IMG/VR virus record: IMGVR_UViG_3300008108_004916
Span: 1 to 50,909 of that record
DNA from: a virus
Taxonomy: Duplodnaviria > Caudoviricetes
Reading direction: 5' to 3' (one strand)
DNA length: 50,909 nt
Part shown: one piece after another, positions 19,077 to 30,000 of the stretch
Layout: the number at the start of each line of letters is the position of its first letter
Position numbering within the stretch: position 1 is the stretch's first letter
Translations under genes and position numbers: made by a program
The notes under the pieces: generated by a model
Seen by the model: only the letters and a program-made list of their open reading frames with translations
Told to the model about the DNA's origin: nothing
Database searches by the model: none

Positions 19077-22000
19077 TTTTTGAGAATCCGTTTTCTTTTT
19101 TAATTTCAATTAGTCCATCTACAATATCTCTCATTTGTTCTAAGTGGGAAATTACCCAAATGAAATCGAATTGAGTTTTAAGATACTGCATCATCATAAA
19201 TAAGGATGATAGGTTATCCGCATCCAATGTACCAAACCCTTCATCTATTACTAAGAAGTTAGGTCTAGGAAGTCCGCATATGTTAATTAGAGCCACTCTA
19301 ATTGCTAGTCCTGATATGAACTTCTCCATGCCACTACACATCTCTAAATTCCATTCTTGGTCTTCGTAAACGATTTTGGCGTTAATGTTCTTTCCATCAG
19401 TATCCATTGAAAGAGAGAAGTCCACAACCTGTGCTAGGATATTGTTTACTTCGTTTTCAATCACAGGCATTGCTTTGGAAATTAATTCATATGGAACACC
19501 ATCTTTCTTAACAGCATCTAAGTAGTAAGTGTAAAGAATGTTTTTATGTTCTAATTCCTTAACCTCATCCATCTTAGCTTTAGTTGCTTTAATGTATGAT
19601 TCGATAGAACCAATTGTACCAGTTACTGAAAGAATTTGTTTGTTGGTATCTTTGATTTGTTTTTCAATTTCTTTTTTATCACCTTCCAACTTTTTAATTT
19701 GTTCGTTTAACTCACCATTCTTTTTAATGGTTGCTTCATTTTCAAAGTATCTGGTCTTATCGGCTTGTACACCTTCCAATTGAGTTTGTAGTAATTGAGA
19801 TTGTGTTTCCAACCCATTTAATTCAGCTTCAGCCTTTTCTTTAACTACAACACCTCTAGTGTATTTGTTTCTCAATTCAATCAATTTAGCCCAAACATCT
19901 TCTACTTCTGAAAATGGTTCAGTTGCTTTGATTAAAGCATGATGTGCGATATTAAGAGTTTCTAATTGAGATTCTTGGGTTTTAACAACTTCTTTGGTTT
20001 GAATAGCATCCTTTACGAATACGTTGTTCATGCAAAACTGACAATTAGGGTCATACTCATGCTGCTCCAAATGTTTTAGTTTTTCCAAATTTGCTTCGTA
20101 TTGGGCTTCCAACTTATCTATTTGAGTTTGTACATCTGCTAATTTACCCTTTGCCAAATCCCATTCCTTCTTAGCCTCATCTATCGGCATTCCGTTTACT
20201 TCGGCATGTTCATTAATAGATTGAGAAACCTCTCCTAATAACCCTATATATTCGTTTATTTTAGTTATTTTAGTTTCCTTATCACTTTCATTGGTTTGGA
20301 TTTTGCGTTCAATAGTGCTCTCCGCATTCTCTAATGCAACTAAATCCAACTTACTATCTATTGGGGTGATGGATTTACTTAATTCGGTAATTTGGTTTTG
20401 AATCCCATCCTTACTTTCATTCTGCTCCCTTTGGGTTTTATTAAGGTCTTTCAGAGTTTCCTTTTGGGATTTCAAGTCGGTTTCTTTTTGGGCTAGTTCA
20501 GTCGTAAAATCAGTACGTTTGAAATTTCTGATTAGTACAGCCACTTCCTTAATTTCCTCACTTGCAGCCTCATACAGCTTATCAAATATATCCAATCCCA
20601 TAAACTGAGCCAACAAGTCCTTTCTCTCCGATTGTGATTTATCAATGAATAGAGCATTGTTACCTTGTAAGGATAGGGCAGTCATTACGAAATCCTCATA
20701 ACGGCCTACATAACCTTCTATGACTTGATTGGTATCCCTTCTCTCCGTTCCGTTTAGGGATTCTTTTCCACTATCTCCCTCTTTCCAAAATTGTACATCT
20801 ACCTTTACGTTCTTTCCCTTATTAATAGTACGGGCTTCTCTCCTTATTGAGTATGATACACCTTCTACTTCAAAATCTAATTGGCAATGGAAGTCACTCT
20901 TTCTATTGTTCATAATGTGTGATGCCTTAAAGGCTCTACTACACTTATCGAACAAGCAGAAAGATATTGCATCAAATAGAGATGATTTACCAGCTGCGTT
21001 TGGTGCGAATAATCCCATCAGTCCGTTTACTTTGTCAAAATTGATTACGTTGTCCTCACCATAACTGAACATATTAGAGAATTCAAATCTTACCGGCTTC
21101 CATTGTACGTTTCTTGTCAATTCATCCAATACTATTCTACTATTAATATCTTTGTTTAGGGATTGTACTCCTGCTACATCTTCCGCAGTTGCAAATGGCA
21201 TCATCCTTTGAATGTAATCCGTAATTAGAGAGTTTTGATAATTTACATCGGTAATATCTTCAAGCTCTAATTGATTATCTCTATCACCAGTCTTTTTCTT
21301 TTGGAAACTATCAGTTCTTATGGTTGTAAAATCTTCTACACCATACTTTACTTTGATTTCCGTGATTGCTCTTTTAGTATCTGCCGCATCCGTATCAGAA
21401 AATCTTACCCTAAGCCTTGGATGAACAGGTAAATCAGTAACGTCAGGAACAACTCCTGCGATAATATCCATAGTGTAATAACCATAATCGTTTTTAATAT
21501 CAACTTCTTCATATGTTAATGTTTCTAAGTCCCAAACTAAGAATCCGTGCTTATCAAGGGTTTCACCAAAGTTTTGTTGTACTAAAGAACCTGCGTACAC
21601 ACACTTACAACCTTTTGGTGAAATCAATTCTTGTCTTTTATGAATATCACCCAAAAGTGCCAAATCAAACCCATCAAATAAATCGGTTGTGAAATGTCTA
21701 CTACTAACTACATACCCTATATCAGTTTGTGAATGGTCAACGGGTCCGTGAAATAGTGCAACTTTTAATCGGGCTGATTGCAAGCTGAAATCATCAGCCA
21801 TTATCCAATTATCTTTGTTATCAAAAATACTAAATACCGAAAATGCCACACCATCTACCCAATGAACCGAAGTATCCTTTAAGTATGTAAAGTTAGGTAG
21901 GTTAAGAGCTTCCACAATTGGAGAAAGAACATCCAATCGGTCTTGATTGTTCATATTACAATCGTGATTACCAGCAATAAGAATCGTTGGACATGTATTT

Positions 22001-22218
22001 GAACATTCGGTAAATAACCAACTAATTTCCTTTACTAATTCAGGTGACATTTCTAATTTAGCATGAGCAATATCACCTGCCAAATAAATCATTGAGTCTT
22101 CCGTACCTCTTTTACGGATTTCCTCAAACATTTTTTCAAATACTTGTCTGAACTCTTTGTGCCTCTTTACGTTACGAATGTGTATATCCGCAATATGATA
22201 AATTCTTTTTAACTTCAT
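19066..22218 (-). CDS. sbcCD: Mre11/SbcD nuclease fused to Rad50/SbcC ATPase (T4 gp47-gp46-like)
   Basis: ADIH, AGD, AGNHD, FHG and GDIH phosphoesterase motifs; Walker A NAAGKSS, coiled coil, zinc hook CQFC, signature CSGME, Walker B IDEGFG and ISH. Start revised to MKLKRIYH (ATGA overlap with primase). Confidence 0.93.
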   Translation of the reverse strand: MKLKRIYHIADIHIRNVKRHKEFRQVFEKMFEEIRKRGTEDSMIYLAGDIAHAKLEMSPELVKEISWLFTECSNTCPTILIAGNHDCNMNNQDRLDVLSPIVEALNLPNFTYLKDTSVHWVDGVAFSVFSIFDNKDNWIMADDFSLQSARLKVALFHGPVDHSQTDIGYVVSSRHFTTDLFDGFDLALLGDIHKRQELISPKGCKCVYAGSLVQQNFGETLDKHGFLVWDLETLTYEEVDIKNDYGYYTMDIIAGVVPDVTDLPVHPRLRVRFSDTDAADTKRAITEIKVKYGVEDFTTIRTDSFQKKKTGDRDNQLELEDITDVNYQNSLITDYIQRMMPFATAEDVAGVQSLNKDINSRIVLDELTRNVQWKPVRFEFSNMFSYGEDNVINFDKVNGLMGLFAPNAAGKSSLFDAISFCLFDKCSRAFKASHIMNNRKSDFHCQLDFEVEGVSYSIRREARTINKGKNVKVDVQFWKEGDSGKESLNGTERRDTNQVIEGYVGRYEDFVMTALSLQGNNALFIDKSQSERKDLLAQFMGLDIFDKLYEAASEEIKEVAVLIRNFKRTDFTTELAQKETDLKSQKETLKDLNKTQREQNESKDGIQNQITELSKSITPIDSKLDLVALENAESTIERKIQTNESDKETKITKINEYIGLLGEVSQSINEHAEVNGMPIDEAKKEWDLAKGKLADVQTQIDKLEAQYEANLEKLKHLEQHEYDPNCQFCMNNVFVKDAIQTKEVVKTQESQLETLNIAHHALIKATEPFSEVEDVWAKLIELRNKYTRGVVVKEKAEAELNGLETQSQLLQTQLEGVQADKTRYFENEATIKKNGELNEQIKKLEGDKKEIEKQIKDTNKQILSVTGTIGSIESYIKATKAKMDEVKELEHKNILYTYYLDAVKKDGVPYELISKAMPVIENEVNNILAQVVDFSLSMDTDGKNINAKIVYEDQEWNLEMCSGMEKFISGLAIRVALINICGLPRPNFLVIDEGFGTLDADNLSSLFMMMQYLKTQFDFIWVISHLEQMRDIVDGLIEIKKENGFSKINF

Positions 22219-23150
22219 ATATTGTTCAACTTTGCCATCATCAAATCTTCCCAACTTGTCTCTTTGGCGGATTTTAGTATTTCATTTACTTTTTGGAATC
22301 CCATATCACCAGCATCTTTATCAGTTGGTATGATATTCCTAACTTTAATTCCATTCTTAATAAACCATTCGGTATGTTTAGTGGAATCATCTACGGCATC
22401 AGAATCTAACATAATAGTTACATCCTTAACACCCTTTTCCATAATTTTATTTTTGAGTTTGCTGAGTAAAAATTTACCCAATAACGGAACTACATTTCTT
22501 TTGACTGAGAAAGAGTCAAATACTCCTTCAACTAATGTGATTGGTTCATTCCAATTAATCATATTCTCAAATACAATCACATCCCTACTAATTGGTGGAT
22601 TCTTATACTTCATTTTCTCATCCTCATAAAATGAACGAGCTACAAAGTAATTCAAGTCACCATTATCATCGTAGGAAGGAATAATAACCCGCCCACCATA
22701 AAGCCCATCTTCACAATACCCAATGTTATACTTTACAATATCCGCTTGAGTGATTCCTCTTTTGGTAAGATAGTGAAGGGCTTGGGTATAAGCGGGGTTA
22801 ATACCTTTTGGTTTGAAATATAATTGTTTGAATTCTTTTGGTAGTTGTAACTTTGCTACAAATTCCTCTTTTGGGTCATATTCGGGCTCATCACCATATA
22901 CATCCTTTACAACGGATATATCTCTAAGGTCCACATTAAGTTTGCGGAGAAGGGATGATATACTTCTACCCTTAGAATCACACACCCAGCAATGCCATCT
23001 TTGGGTATCTAAGTTTACCTGTAATTTCTTTTTGTGGTGGTTACAAAACGGGCAATAGTGTGCCTGTTCATTACCCTTTAAGGATGAACCCACACCTAAT
23101 GCGGAGTCTAATATTGTAATTATTTTTAATTTGTTCTTACCCGATAGCAT
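22215..23150 (-). CDS. dnaG: DnaG-type DNA primase
   Basis: Zinc finger CPFCNH...CWVC, RVIIP, KYKNPP, and TOPRIM motifs VEGVFD and MLDSDA. Confidence 0.9.
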   Translation of the reverse strand: MLSGKNKLKIITILDSALGVGSSLKGNEQAHYCPFCNHHKKKLQVNLDTQRWHCWVCDSKGRSISSLLRKLNVDLRDISVVKDVYGDEPEYDPKEEFVAKLQLPKEFKQLYFKPKGINPAYTQALHYLTKRGITQADIVKYNIGYCEDGLYGGRVIIPSYDDNGDLNYFVARSFYEDEKMKYKNPPISRDVIVFENMINWNEPITLVEGVFDSFSVKRNVVPLLGKFLLSKLKNKIMEKGVKDVTIMLDSDAVDDSTKHTEWFIKNGIKVRNIIPTDKDAGDMGFQKVNEILKSAKETSWEDLMMAKLNNI

Positions 23151-23178
23151 ATTTTGGAGTATATCTACAAAAACTATG

Positions 23179-23210
23179 TAAATATACTACTTTTTTGGGA
23201 TATAACCAAA
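23179..23210 (-). promoter_or_regulatory. Bacteroidota-type early/middle promoter upstream of primase
   Basis: TTTG-N20-TATATTTA. Matches the 6948-6979 element at 26 of 32 positions. Confidence 0.65.
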
Positions 23211-23411
23211 TTAATATCCAGAATTCTTAATATCAATAAGGAAGTCAGCTAAAAACTGAAGTTTATTGGCAATAGTTTCTCTAGGTTGGTTTTGAAGAAC
23301 CATGTTTTTAAGGTCTAATAAAGATGCAGCTGCTATTGAATGTGCATCATCTTTTGAGTTTAAGTAAGAATCGGAAATTCCGTATTTCTTGCAGATTTCT
23401 TGAATGTTCAT
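23211..23411 (-). CDS. Hypothetical protein
   Basis: Fills the gap on the coding strand; no recognisable motif. Confidence 0.6.
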   Translation of the reverse strand: MNIQEICKKYGISDSYLNSKDDAHSIAAASLLDLKNMVLQNQPRETIANKLQFLADFLIDIKNSGY

Positions 23412-23423
23412 AACGTTTGTTTA

Positions 23424-23831
23424 TTAATATATATCCTTTCGGAAGAATTTTCCCATTAAATTTTCATTAATAGATTGTGGGTCAGCCAATACATCTAATT
23501 TGAACTGCCACCAAACTTCCCAATATGTAAGTGATTTTTTACTAAAGCAGAATTGAATTATTTCTCTTTCAAAATCCCCAGCTCTACCTTCTTTTACCTC
23601 TTTTTTAATCCATTCGTTTGATGAATAGTATGTTTCCCAATCGGAAGCTTTACGAACTACTCTTTTACGAACCTTTCCCTTTAAGGGTTTCAAACGGCGA
23701 GTTTGAGAAAGTGATTTTTTACCAATGTAGAATTTACCGGTGGGTATGTGAATTATCTTATAGACAAACCCAATAGCACCCTCTGGAGTGTTTTCCTCTG
23801 TAACCTTTATTCCATTAAAATTCCAAGACAC
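23424..23831 (-). CDS. GIY-YIG-like nuclease domain protein
   Basis: GFVYKI...GKFYIGKK, Y.SS, FEREI and a downstream Glu and Asn (Seg-like pattern). Confidence 0.7.
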   Translation of the reverse strand: MSWNFNGIKVTEENTPEGAIGFVYKIIHIPTGKFYIGKKSLSQTRRLKPLKGKVRKRVVRKASDWETYYSSNEWIKKEVKEGRAGDFEREIIQFCFSKKSLTYWEVWWQFKLDVLADPQSINENLMGKFFRKDIY

Positions 23832-24053
23832 TTATTTAGTTTTTATTGAATCTGAATACTTTTTTGTAGTATCGTATCCACCAGCTCCTGCACCTAAAGG
23901 ACCTTTTCTTGGCTTATCTAAATTTTTTGCAACTAAATCTTTTGATTTTTCAAATGGTTCTTCCAAACCAATTGGAGTTTTGTCAATACCTTTAGTATTA
24001 GCTGCACCTGTTTTTGGTACTTTTTGTTTGTATAAATCTATTAAGCTAGCCAT
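23832..24053 (-). CDS. Small basic hypothetical protein
   Basis: Has its own TATTTATA motif at 24073-24080. Confidence 0.65.
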   Translation of the reverse strand: MASLIDLYKQKVPKTGAANTKGIDKTPIGLEEPFEKSKDLVAKNLDKPRKGPLGAGAGGYDTTKKYSDSIKTK

Positions 24054-24085
24054 TTTTATTTTTTTTACTACCTATAAATATAACC

Positions 24086-25042
24086 TTATGTATCAAAACG
24101 AACAATAAAATTTACTGGGTAATCCGGCAGTGATTTTATTGGTTGTGGTAATTTTGCAACTGCAACCATATTTAATTCATCATCATATAAACCAATTGTA
24201 GTAACATATGGTGCTAAATAAGAACCAGTAGGGTCTATTGATGAACTATATTCATAATCATCAAAACTACCAAATTTTTGATTTATAGAACCGCTTGTAT
24301 ATCCAGATATTTTTGAATATATTGGGTAGTTGCTATTTCTAACATATCTAACACCCGGTTTAATTATTTTTTTAGTATATGTTTCTGTTAGACTTTTATC
24401 AGTTGTTTTATTTACAACAGCATATGATATTTCAGCACCATCCTCATAATAAGAACTTGGATTGGTTGAGTAATTAAATTCATTTTCTAAAACAGACAAA
24501 AATATTTCGTTTTCATATATAGTTTTTGTAGAACGAAAATCTATACTAAAATTGGAAAGAGTAGAACCACTTACAACATTTCTAGTTATTACCACAAGCC
24601 CTCTATCATAAAAAACATTACCATGTACATTACTTCCACTATCTATTAAATTAGAATATCCATCATCTGTATATAAATCACCATTATCATCTACAACAAC
24701 GCTACCTGGCTTTATACCTTCGCCATACATATTTTGTGGAATTGATATAACAGCCATATTTTCTTCTAAAACTCTTTCATCAGTTGATGCATATGATTTC
24801 CTTCTACCAACTTCAAATAAAACAGAAGCTGTAGCTGGATTGTTATAGAATTGAGCTTTTACAGAACGAAATAAACTTACTTTTGAAAAGTTGTGAGACT
24901 TTTCCTCTATTTCAGAATCATAATCTCCAAAACTACCACTTTTAGCAAATATTGGATTTATGTCTTGCTCATCTAATGTCCATTCTTTATATACCTTAAA
25001 AGGTCTTACAACAATATCTGATTTTGGAATCTCTTTGAACAT
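24086..25042 (-). CDS. Putative tail structural protein; C-terminal domain shared with 25125..26336
   Basis: EFNYSTNPS...YVTTIGLYDDELNMVAVAKLPQPIKS, SGS-rich, with a motif at 25060-25067. Confidence 0.65.
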   Translation of the reverse strand: MFKEIPKSDIVVRPFKVYKEWTLDEQDINPIFAKSGSFGDYDSEIEEKSHNFSKVSLFRSVKAQFYNNPATASVLFEVGRRKSYASTDERVLEENMAVISIPQNMYGEGIKPGSVVVDDNGDLYTDDGYSNLIDSGSNVHGNVFYDRGLVVITRNVVSGSTLSNFSIDFRSTKTIYENEIFLSVLENEFNYSTNPSSYYEDGAEISYAVVNKTTDKSLTETYTKKIIKPGVRYVRNSNYPIYSKISGYTSGSINQKFGSFDDYEYSSSIDPTGSYLAPYVTTIGLYDDELNMVAVAKLPQPIKSLPDYPVNFIVRFDT

Positions 25043-25076
25043 TATTTTTTTCCGTTTAGTATAAATATCTTATAAT

Positions 25077-25103
25077 AAAAAAACCCCCTTTCGGGGGTCT
25101 TTT
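25077..25103 (-). terminator. Rho-independent terminator
   Basis: Minus strand ACCCCC-GAAA-GGGGGT followed by a T tract, after the 25125 stop. Confidence 0.85.
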
Positions 25104-25124
25104 ATAATCATAATCTATTTTTTA

Positions 25125-26336
25125 TTAGAATGATAATTTAACTTTGATTAATACTTCTTTATCAAATGATTTAACAATTGGTTGAGAAGTTTTAGCTACT
25201 GCAATCAATTCGTTTGAATCATTTAACAAACCTACAGTTGTAATGAAAGTTTGTGGGTCACTTTCAAAAGTTGGTTCTGTGAATGAACCATCAGTATTAA
25301 CATATGTAGGGTTATTTGAATAGTTGAATTCTCTATTTGTTGCTCTTACAAAGAAATGCTGAGTTGAAATATTTTCAGTTCTACGTGCTTCAAAATCGTT
25401 AGAAGCACTTATTGCTGAGAATAATCTTCTGTGGTTGTATTGTTCAGAAGTAGTACTTAAACTTCCACTTAAATTTACTAAACTTCCATTTACTCTTACA
25501 TTACCTACAGTTCTACCAACTGCTTTAGGATTTAGAACAACTATACCTCTATCAGGATAGAATAATCCATATCCTTCACCAGTTCCAGCATCATAAGTTG
25601 TATTAACAGTTGCTTCATTTTGTGTTCCTAAATTAAGAGAACCACTTACAATATTGAAAACTCTACCAGCTTTTCCATAAGTGTCTCCAAACTTTTTACC
25701 ACTATCATCAATAAATGAAAACAATCCATTAGAACCAGACAATCTTAATTGCCAGTTACCAGCATCCATTTGCTCTCTATATCTAGCTCTAGAAACATTA
25801 ATTACATAAATCTCATCAGAACCAGTTGATAAACCAGCTGAGTTTACAAATGAGAATGTTGTATCGGTTGGGTCTAACAACATAGATTTGTACTGAGCGT
25901 AAGTTCCTTTTGTTGCCAATAAAGAACTATCATCAGTTGCTAAATCTACAGAACCATATCCATTTACGTTTCCGTAAGCAACTGCAAATTGTACTTCAGC
26001 TGAACTATCTGTTAGTGGGTGTGCATTATATACGTTCAAATAATATTGTCCACTATTTTGTGCAGCTTGAGTTGAAGAAGTAAAGAAAGAAGTTAAAGAA
26101 CCACTATCTCCACTCCACAATCCAGTTGTTACAACTTCAGTTTTTGCGTTTACTTTATCAAAATCTCCAAATCTTTTATAAATTCCAGTTGTAACTCCAG
26201 CTGTATTAGTTGAAATCTGCTGTCCTGCAGGTAATACAGAATTAAGAAGAGCTACGATTTGGTTTGTATCTATTTGCCCAGAATTAGCTAGTGCTGATAT
26301 TTGGGCGGTTACGTTAGGGTCATTTATTAGTGCCAT
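25125..26336 (-). CDS. Putative abundant tail structural protein with a tail-collar-like C-terminus
   Basis: EFNYSNNPT...FITTVGLLNDSNELIAVAKTSQPIVKS. Has a GGAGGAG SD and is followed by a terminator. Confidence 0.65.
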   Translation of the reverse strand: MALINDPNVTAQISALANSGQIDTNQIVALLNSVLPAGQQISTNTAGVTTGIYKRFGDFDKVNAKTEVVTTGLWSGDSGSLTSFFTSSTQAAQNSGQYYLNVYNAHPLTDSSAEVQFAVAYGNVNGYGSVDLATDDSSLLATKGTYAQYKSMLLDPTDTTFSFVNSAGLSTGSDEIYVINVSRARYREQMDAGNWQLRLSGSNGLFSFIDDSGKKFGDTYGKAGRVFNIVSGSLNLGTQNEATVNTTYDAGTGEGYGLFYPDRGIVVLNPKAVGRTVGNVRVNGSLVNLSGSLSTTSEQYNHRRLFSAISASNDFEARRTENISTQHFFVRATNREFNYSNNPTYVNTDGSFTEPTFESDPQTFITTVGLLNDSNELIAVAKTSQPIVKSFDKEVLIKVKLSF

Positions 26337-26351
26337 TTCTTATCTCCTCCT

Positions 26352-26975
26352 TTATGCTTTATATGTTACGGTTACAGGAATAGTTTGAGAGCCTCCAGTT
26401 TCATTTCCATAAACAGTGATAGTTGTTTTAACATCACTTGTTAAGTTTGGATTTGGAGTAAATCTAAATTCTAATCCACTTACAACTTGTGCGGTTGTTG
26501 TAATTTCTTCTCCCAAGAATACAGGCACCGAACCGGCTGCTGTTGCTCCTCTAGTAACAGTTAGTGTACCAGCTCTTTGGTCTGCTAATACTACAGTGTA
26601 CCCTGCGTTTGAATTTCCAGCAGGAGAAGTTGTTGGAGTCATACCAACACCACCTTCGGTTTGGAATACACCAATTGCACCTATACCCAATGATACAACA
26701 GGAATCTGAGTTGTTCCTTTTGGAAGCGTCACTAATTTGTATCTCAATACTTGAGTTTCATCAGGTGATGCTTCAGTAATAGGAATTGCTCTAATTGCTG
26801 AATCATAATAAGCCGAACCTTTTGGGTGTGCTGGTTCGTAAAGTGTGTAATCAATCTCATCATCTCCCAAAGCGAATTTGGTGATACTAAGAGATTGACC
26901 GGATGCTAACTTTTGTCTACCCTTTTTGGTTAGGATAGCATCTACAGTTATTTCTGTATTATCTAAATATGCCAT
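26352..26975 (-). CDS. Putative tail structural protein with a tail-collar-fibre-like N-terminus
   Basis: AILTKKGRQKLA...ITKFALGDD resembles tail-collar fibre N-termini. Motif at 27006-27013. Confidence 0.6.
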   Translation of the reverse strand: MAYLDNTEITVDAILTKKGRQKLASGQSLSITKFALGDDEIDYTLYEPAHPKGSAYYDSAIRAIPITEASPDETQVLRYKLVTLPKGTTQIPVVSLGIGAIGVFQTEGGVGMTPTTSPAGNSNAGYTVVLADQRAGTLTVTRGATAAGSVPVFLGEEITTTAQVVSGLEFRFTPNPNLTSDVKTTITVYGNETGGSQTIPVTVTYKA

Positions 26976-27035
26976 TTGATATTGTTTTTAATGCTTTATT
27001 TCTAAAATAAATATAACCAATTATTATTTTCAATT

Positions 27036-30000
27036 TTAATCAACTTCAAGTATTGGTTCACCACTACCTCTACCAGTCTTAGCCACTCTAAGAATGTTAG
27101 GATTAGTTGTAAATGTTTCTACCGCAGGTAACCCATCGGGTGTTGTTGCTGATGTTTGTTGAGAACCCTTAAAGTAAGAACGTTGCAATCCCTCACCTAA
27201 ATTATTTGTAAATCTATAATGTGAAGGTAGGTATCCATTAAGTACGTTTGATTCAATAATATCACCACCGGTTGAAACAGATATAGTAAGTGGAACAATT
27301 GAAACTTTATATTCAAAACCAGTATTTGATACATCTTCATAAATAACTTGGTCACCAGGCTGTGCACCATTTACAGGGTACCCAGCTACTTGGGTAGGTA
27401 CTTTATATGTAAACTGATTTTTTGTTATGTAAACATTTTGTATACTTGATGTTGTGTTACCAAATACTTCATCAAAGTATGTGATTTTTGTTTTTCCACC
27501 AACACCAAATAATCCGAATCCAATATTTGATAGAGAATTTCTATCCATACCAATTTGTTGAAAATCAAATGAATCATAAAAACCGGTTAATGTTTCACCA
27601 GTTGGAGCTTGTATTTCAACATTATACATTGGTACTGAAGCTTCCAAAAATTCTTCTGTATTATATTCAATTGTAGAATCATAGAATGGTGTTTCGGTTT
27701 CTAATAAAGTTGCATCTTTTACATTTATTTCAGAATCCCAATTACTTAATTCAAAATCCAATTTAGTTTCATCCGAAACCATTAATAACGCATCTTTAGA
27801 TTCGTATGAAAATTCAATTTCATTGTTATTATCTATGTTAATTGATGTTTCATAATCATTTCTTTCGGAAACCGGCTTATCCCATCTTACTTTACTTCTT
27901 TCTAAAAAGTGTGGTTCAATCAACAAACCTTTAGATATTTTAGCTCTTGCTGGCGCAAGGTCTGCTAAAACATCAAATAAAGATTTATCAATATATCTTA
28001 CTAATTGAATATATTCGTAGATATTTCTATCCAATCTTTCAAAATAATATTCTCTTAGTTCTTCCAATGATTTATAATTTTCTTTATATTCATCAGATGG
28101 GTCACCAATATAGTTATCAATATTAAAATCTCCAAATGTTTTTAAGATATCCATATTCAACTCCTTAATTGGAGAGAAAAATAAACCTAAACGAGAAGAA
28201 TCTATTGGAGCTCTATCAAATGATTTTTTAGTTGCCCTTACTTTATAGGAAAGGTCACTAACCAATTCAACATCTTCAAATCTAATTTTGTTACCATAAG
28301 TAAATCCTAAAGATGGAACATTAGCTGTTACAGTTCTGTCATATGGTTCATATTGGAATGGATATGATGATGCTGAATAAAAGTTTTGTGCATATGCATA
28401 TGTTTCACCATATTCTGTGTTGATAGCAACATTTTTAATATTAACATCAGATGTCCTATCTTTTGGATATTCAAAATCTAAACGATATAATAAATCTGAA
28501 GTTGATGCTGTGTATGAGTTACCATTAATTGCATCAGGGAATTTTGAGTGATTATCAAATTTACTTCTTTCTAAAGGAACTTTCCATAATCTGAATTCAT
28601 CAATAGTTCCTGAATATCCATCACCACCAATTAAAATATTTGAACCAGTTTCCCATTGGTTATCATTATAAAGAATTGACATGCTGACAGATGTGGTAAT
28701 TCTTTTTCCATCGGTTGTATTTAACCAAACTTCAAATAAAGAACCAGTACCTGCATAGTTGTATCTATTAATTGCTACATTTGAGTAGTATTCTGTAGAT
28801 ATTGGAAAATCTAAACTTCCAGTTTTCAAATCAGGTCCATACGCATAAGTTATAGTTGATACAATATATGGTGTATTTGGTCCAGATGTTGCAAAGTATG
28901 GTTGTAATGCATCGTTTCCACCAAAATTAAATTCTAATTTACCAAAAGAACCAGTTGTTTGCACCAAATCAAGAGTCCATTCACTACCACTAATAAGTGT
29001 AGCTTTAGAAACTATTTCGGATGGTTTGAATCTAAATTCTATTGTTGTTGGATACTCTGATGTTGTTGGTGTTACATGCCAAGGAACTCTTATGCTTGAA
29101 GTTTGGTTTAATAATATAGCTGCCGTTCTATCATCAAATGTAAATTCTGTTGTTGCGTTCTCAGCAGGATTTTGCGGGCCGCCAAACTCCATTATTGTCA
29201 ACATAGATTGTGGTACGCCATAACAAGCCATAATAGCTTTCATAGCTCTAGCAGTACCTTTGTGTTTCAGTAAGTATGGTAGGTTGTTTAATATTCTTCT
29301 CCAAACTTCTTCATTAGCTTTATAAAGTGGCATTGAATATTTTTGAGAGCCATCTTTATTTTTTCCTAAAGCATATTCCCATAAAAATTGAGAATCAAAT
29401 GCTCTCCTACCTTCCCAACCAAATGATTCAAGCATATGATAAACCATTTGATTCATCATTCCTTTAGTTGGACTGTGTTGTAAATCTCTATTTTTATTTA
29501 ATCCATTTATTGCTGTCCAAATGTTATCAAAATGATAACCAATCATATCTAAGAAGGTAATAAAATCTTTATTTTCATAATCTTCAGTTAGATATTGTGG
29601 AATATTATTTACTAAATAATTTGGATTTTCCTTATCATACGTTTGAGCTTCTGCAATTATTAAATCATACCAAAGTTGTACATCATTTGTAGTTGATGCT
29701 TTTGGTACGCCCGCTGTTTTTGGATAAGATAAAGAAGAACTTGTATCGGTGTATAACCAATTTTCAAATCCATCAAAGTTTCTTTTTATCTCATTTATAG
29801 AATCTAAATTTTTTGTAAATTCACTTATTACCGATACGGATGAAGTCCAATTTGAATTACTAACATTAGAATTAGCTAATACATCATATCTGTCTTGATA
29901 ATTTTCAATAAGTTGAACTTTATAAATAAAGTTGTTAATTCTTTCTTCGGCTGAACTAAAGTTTGTAAAATTTTCAAACATATATTCAGAACCGCTTATA

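Noticed and set aside
23424-23831. Mobile intron or intein homing endonuclease
   Set aside because: It is a short free-standing ORF with no interrupted host gene and no visible splicing elements.
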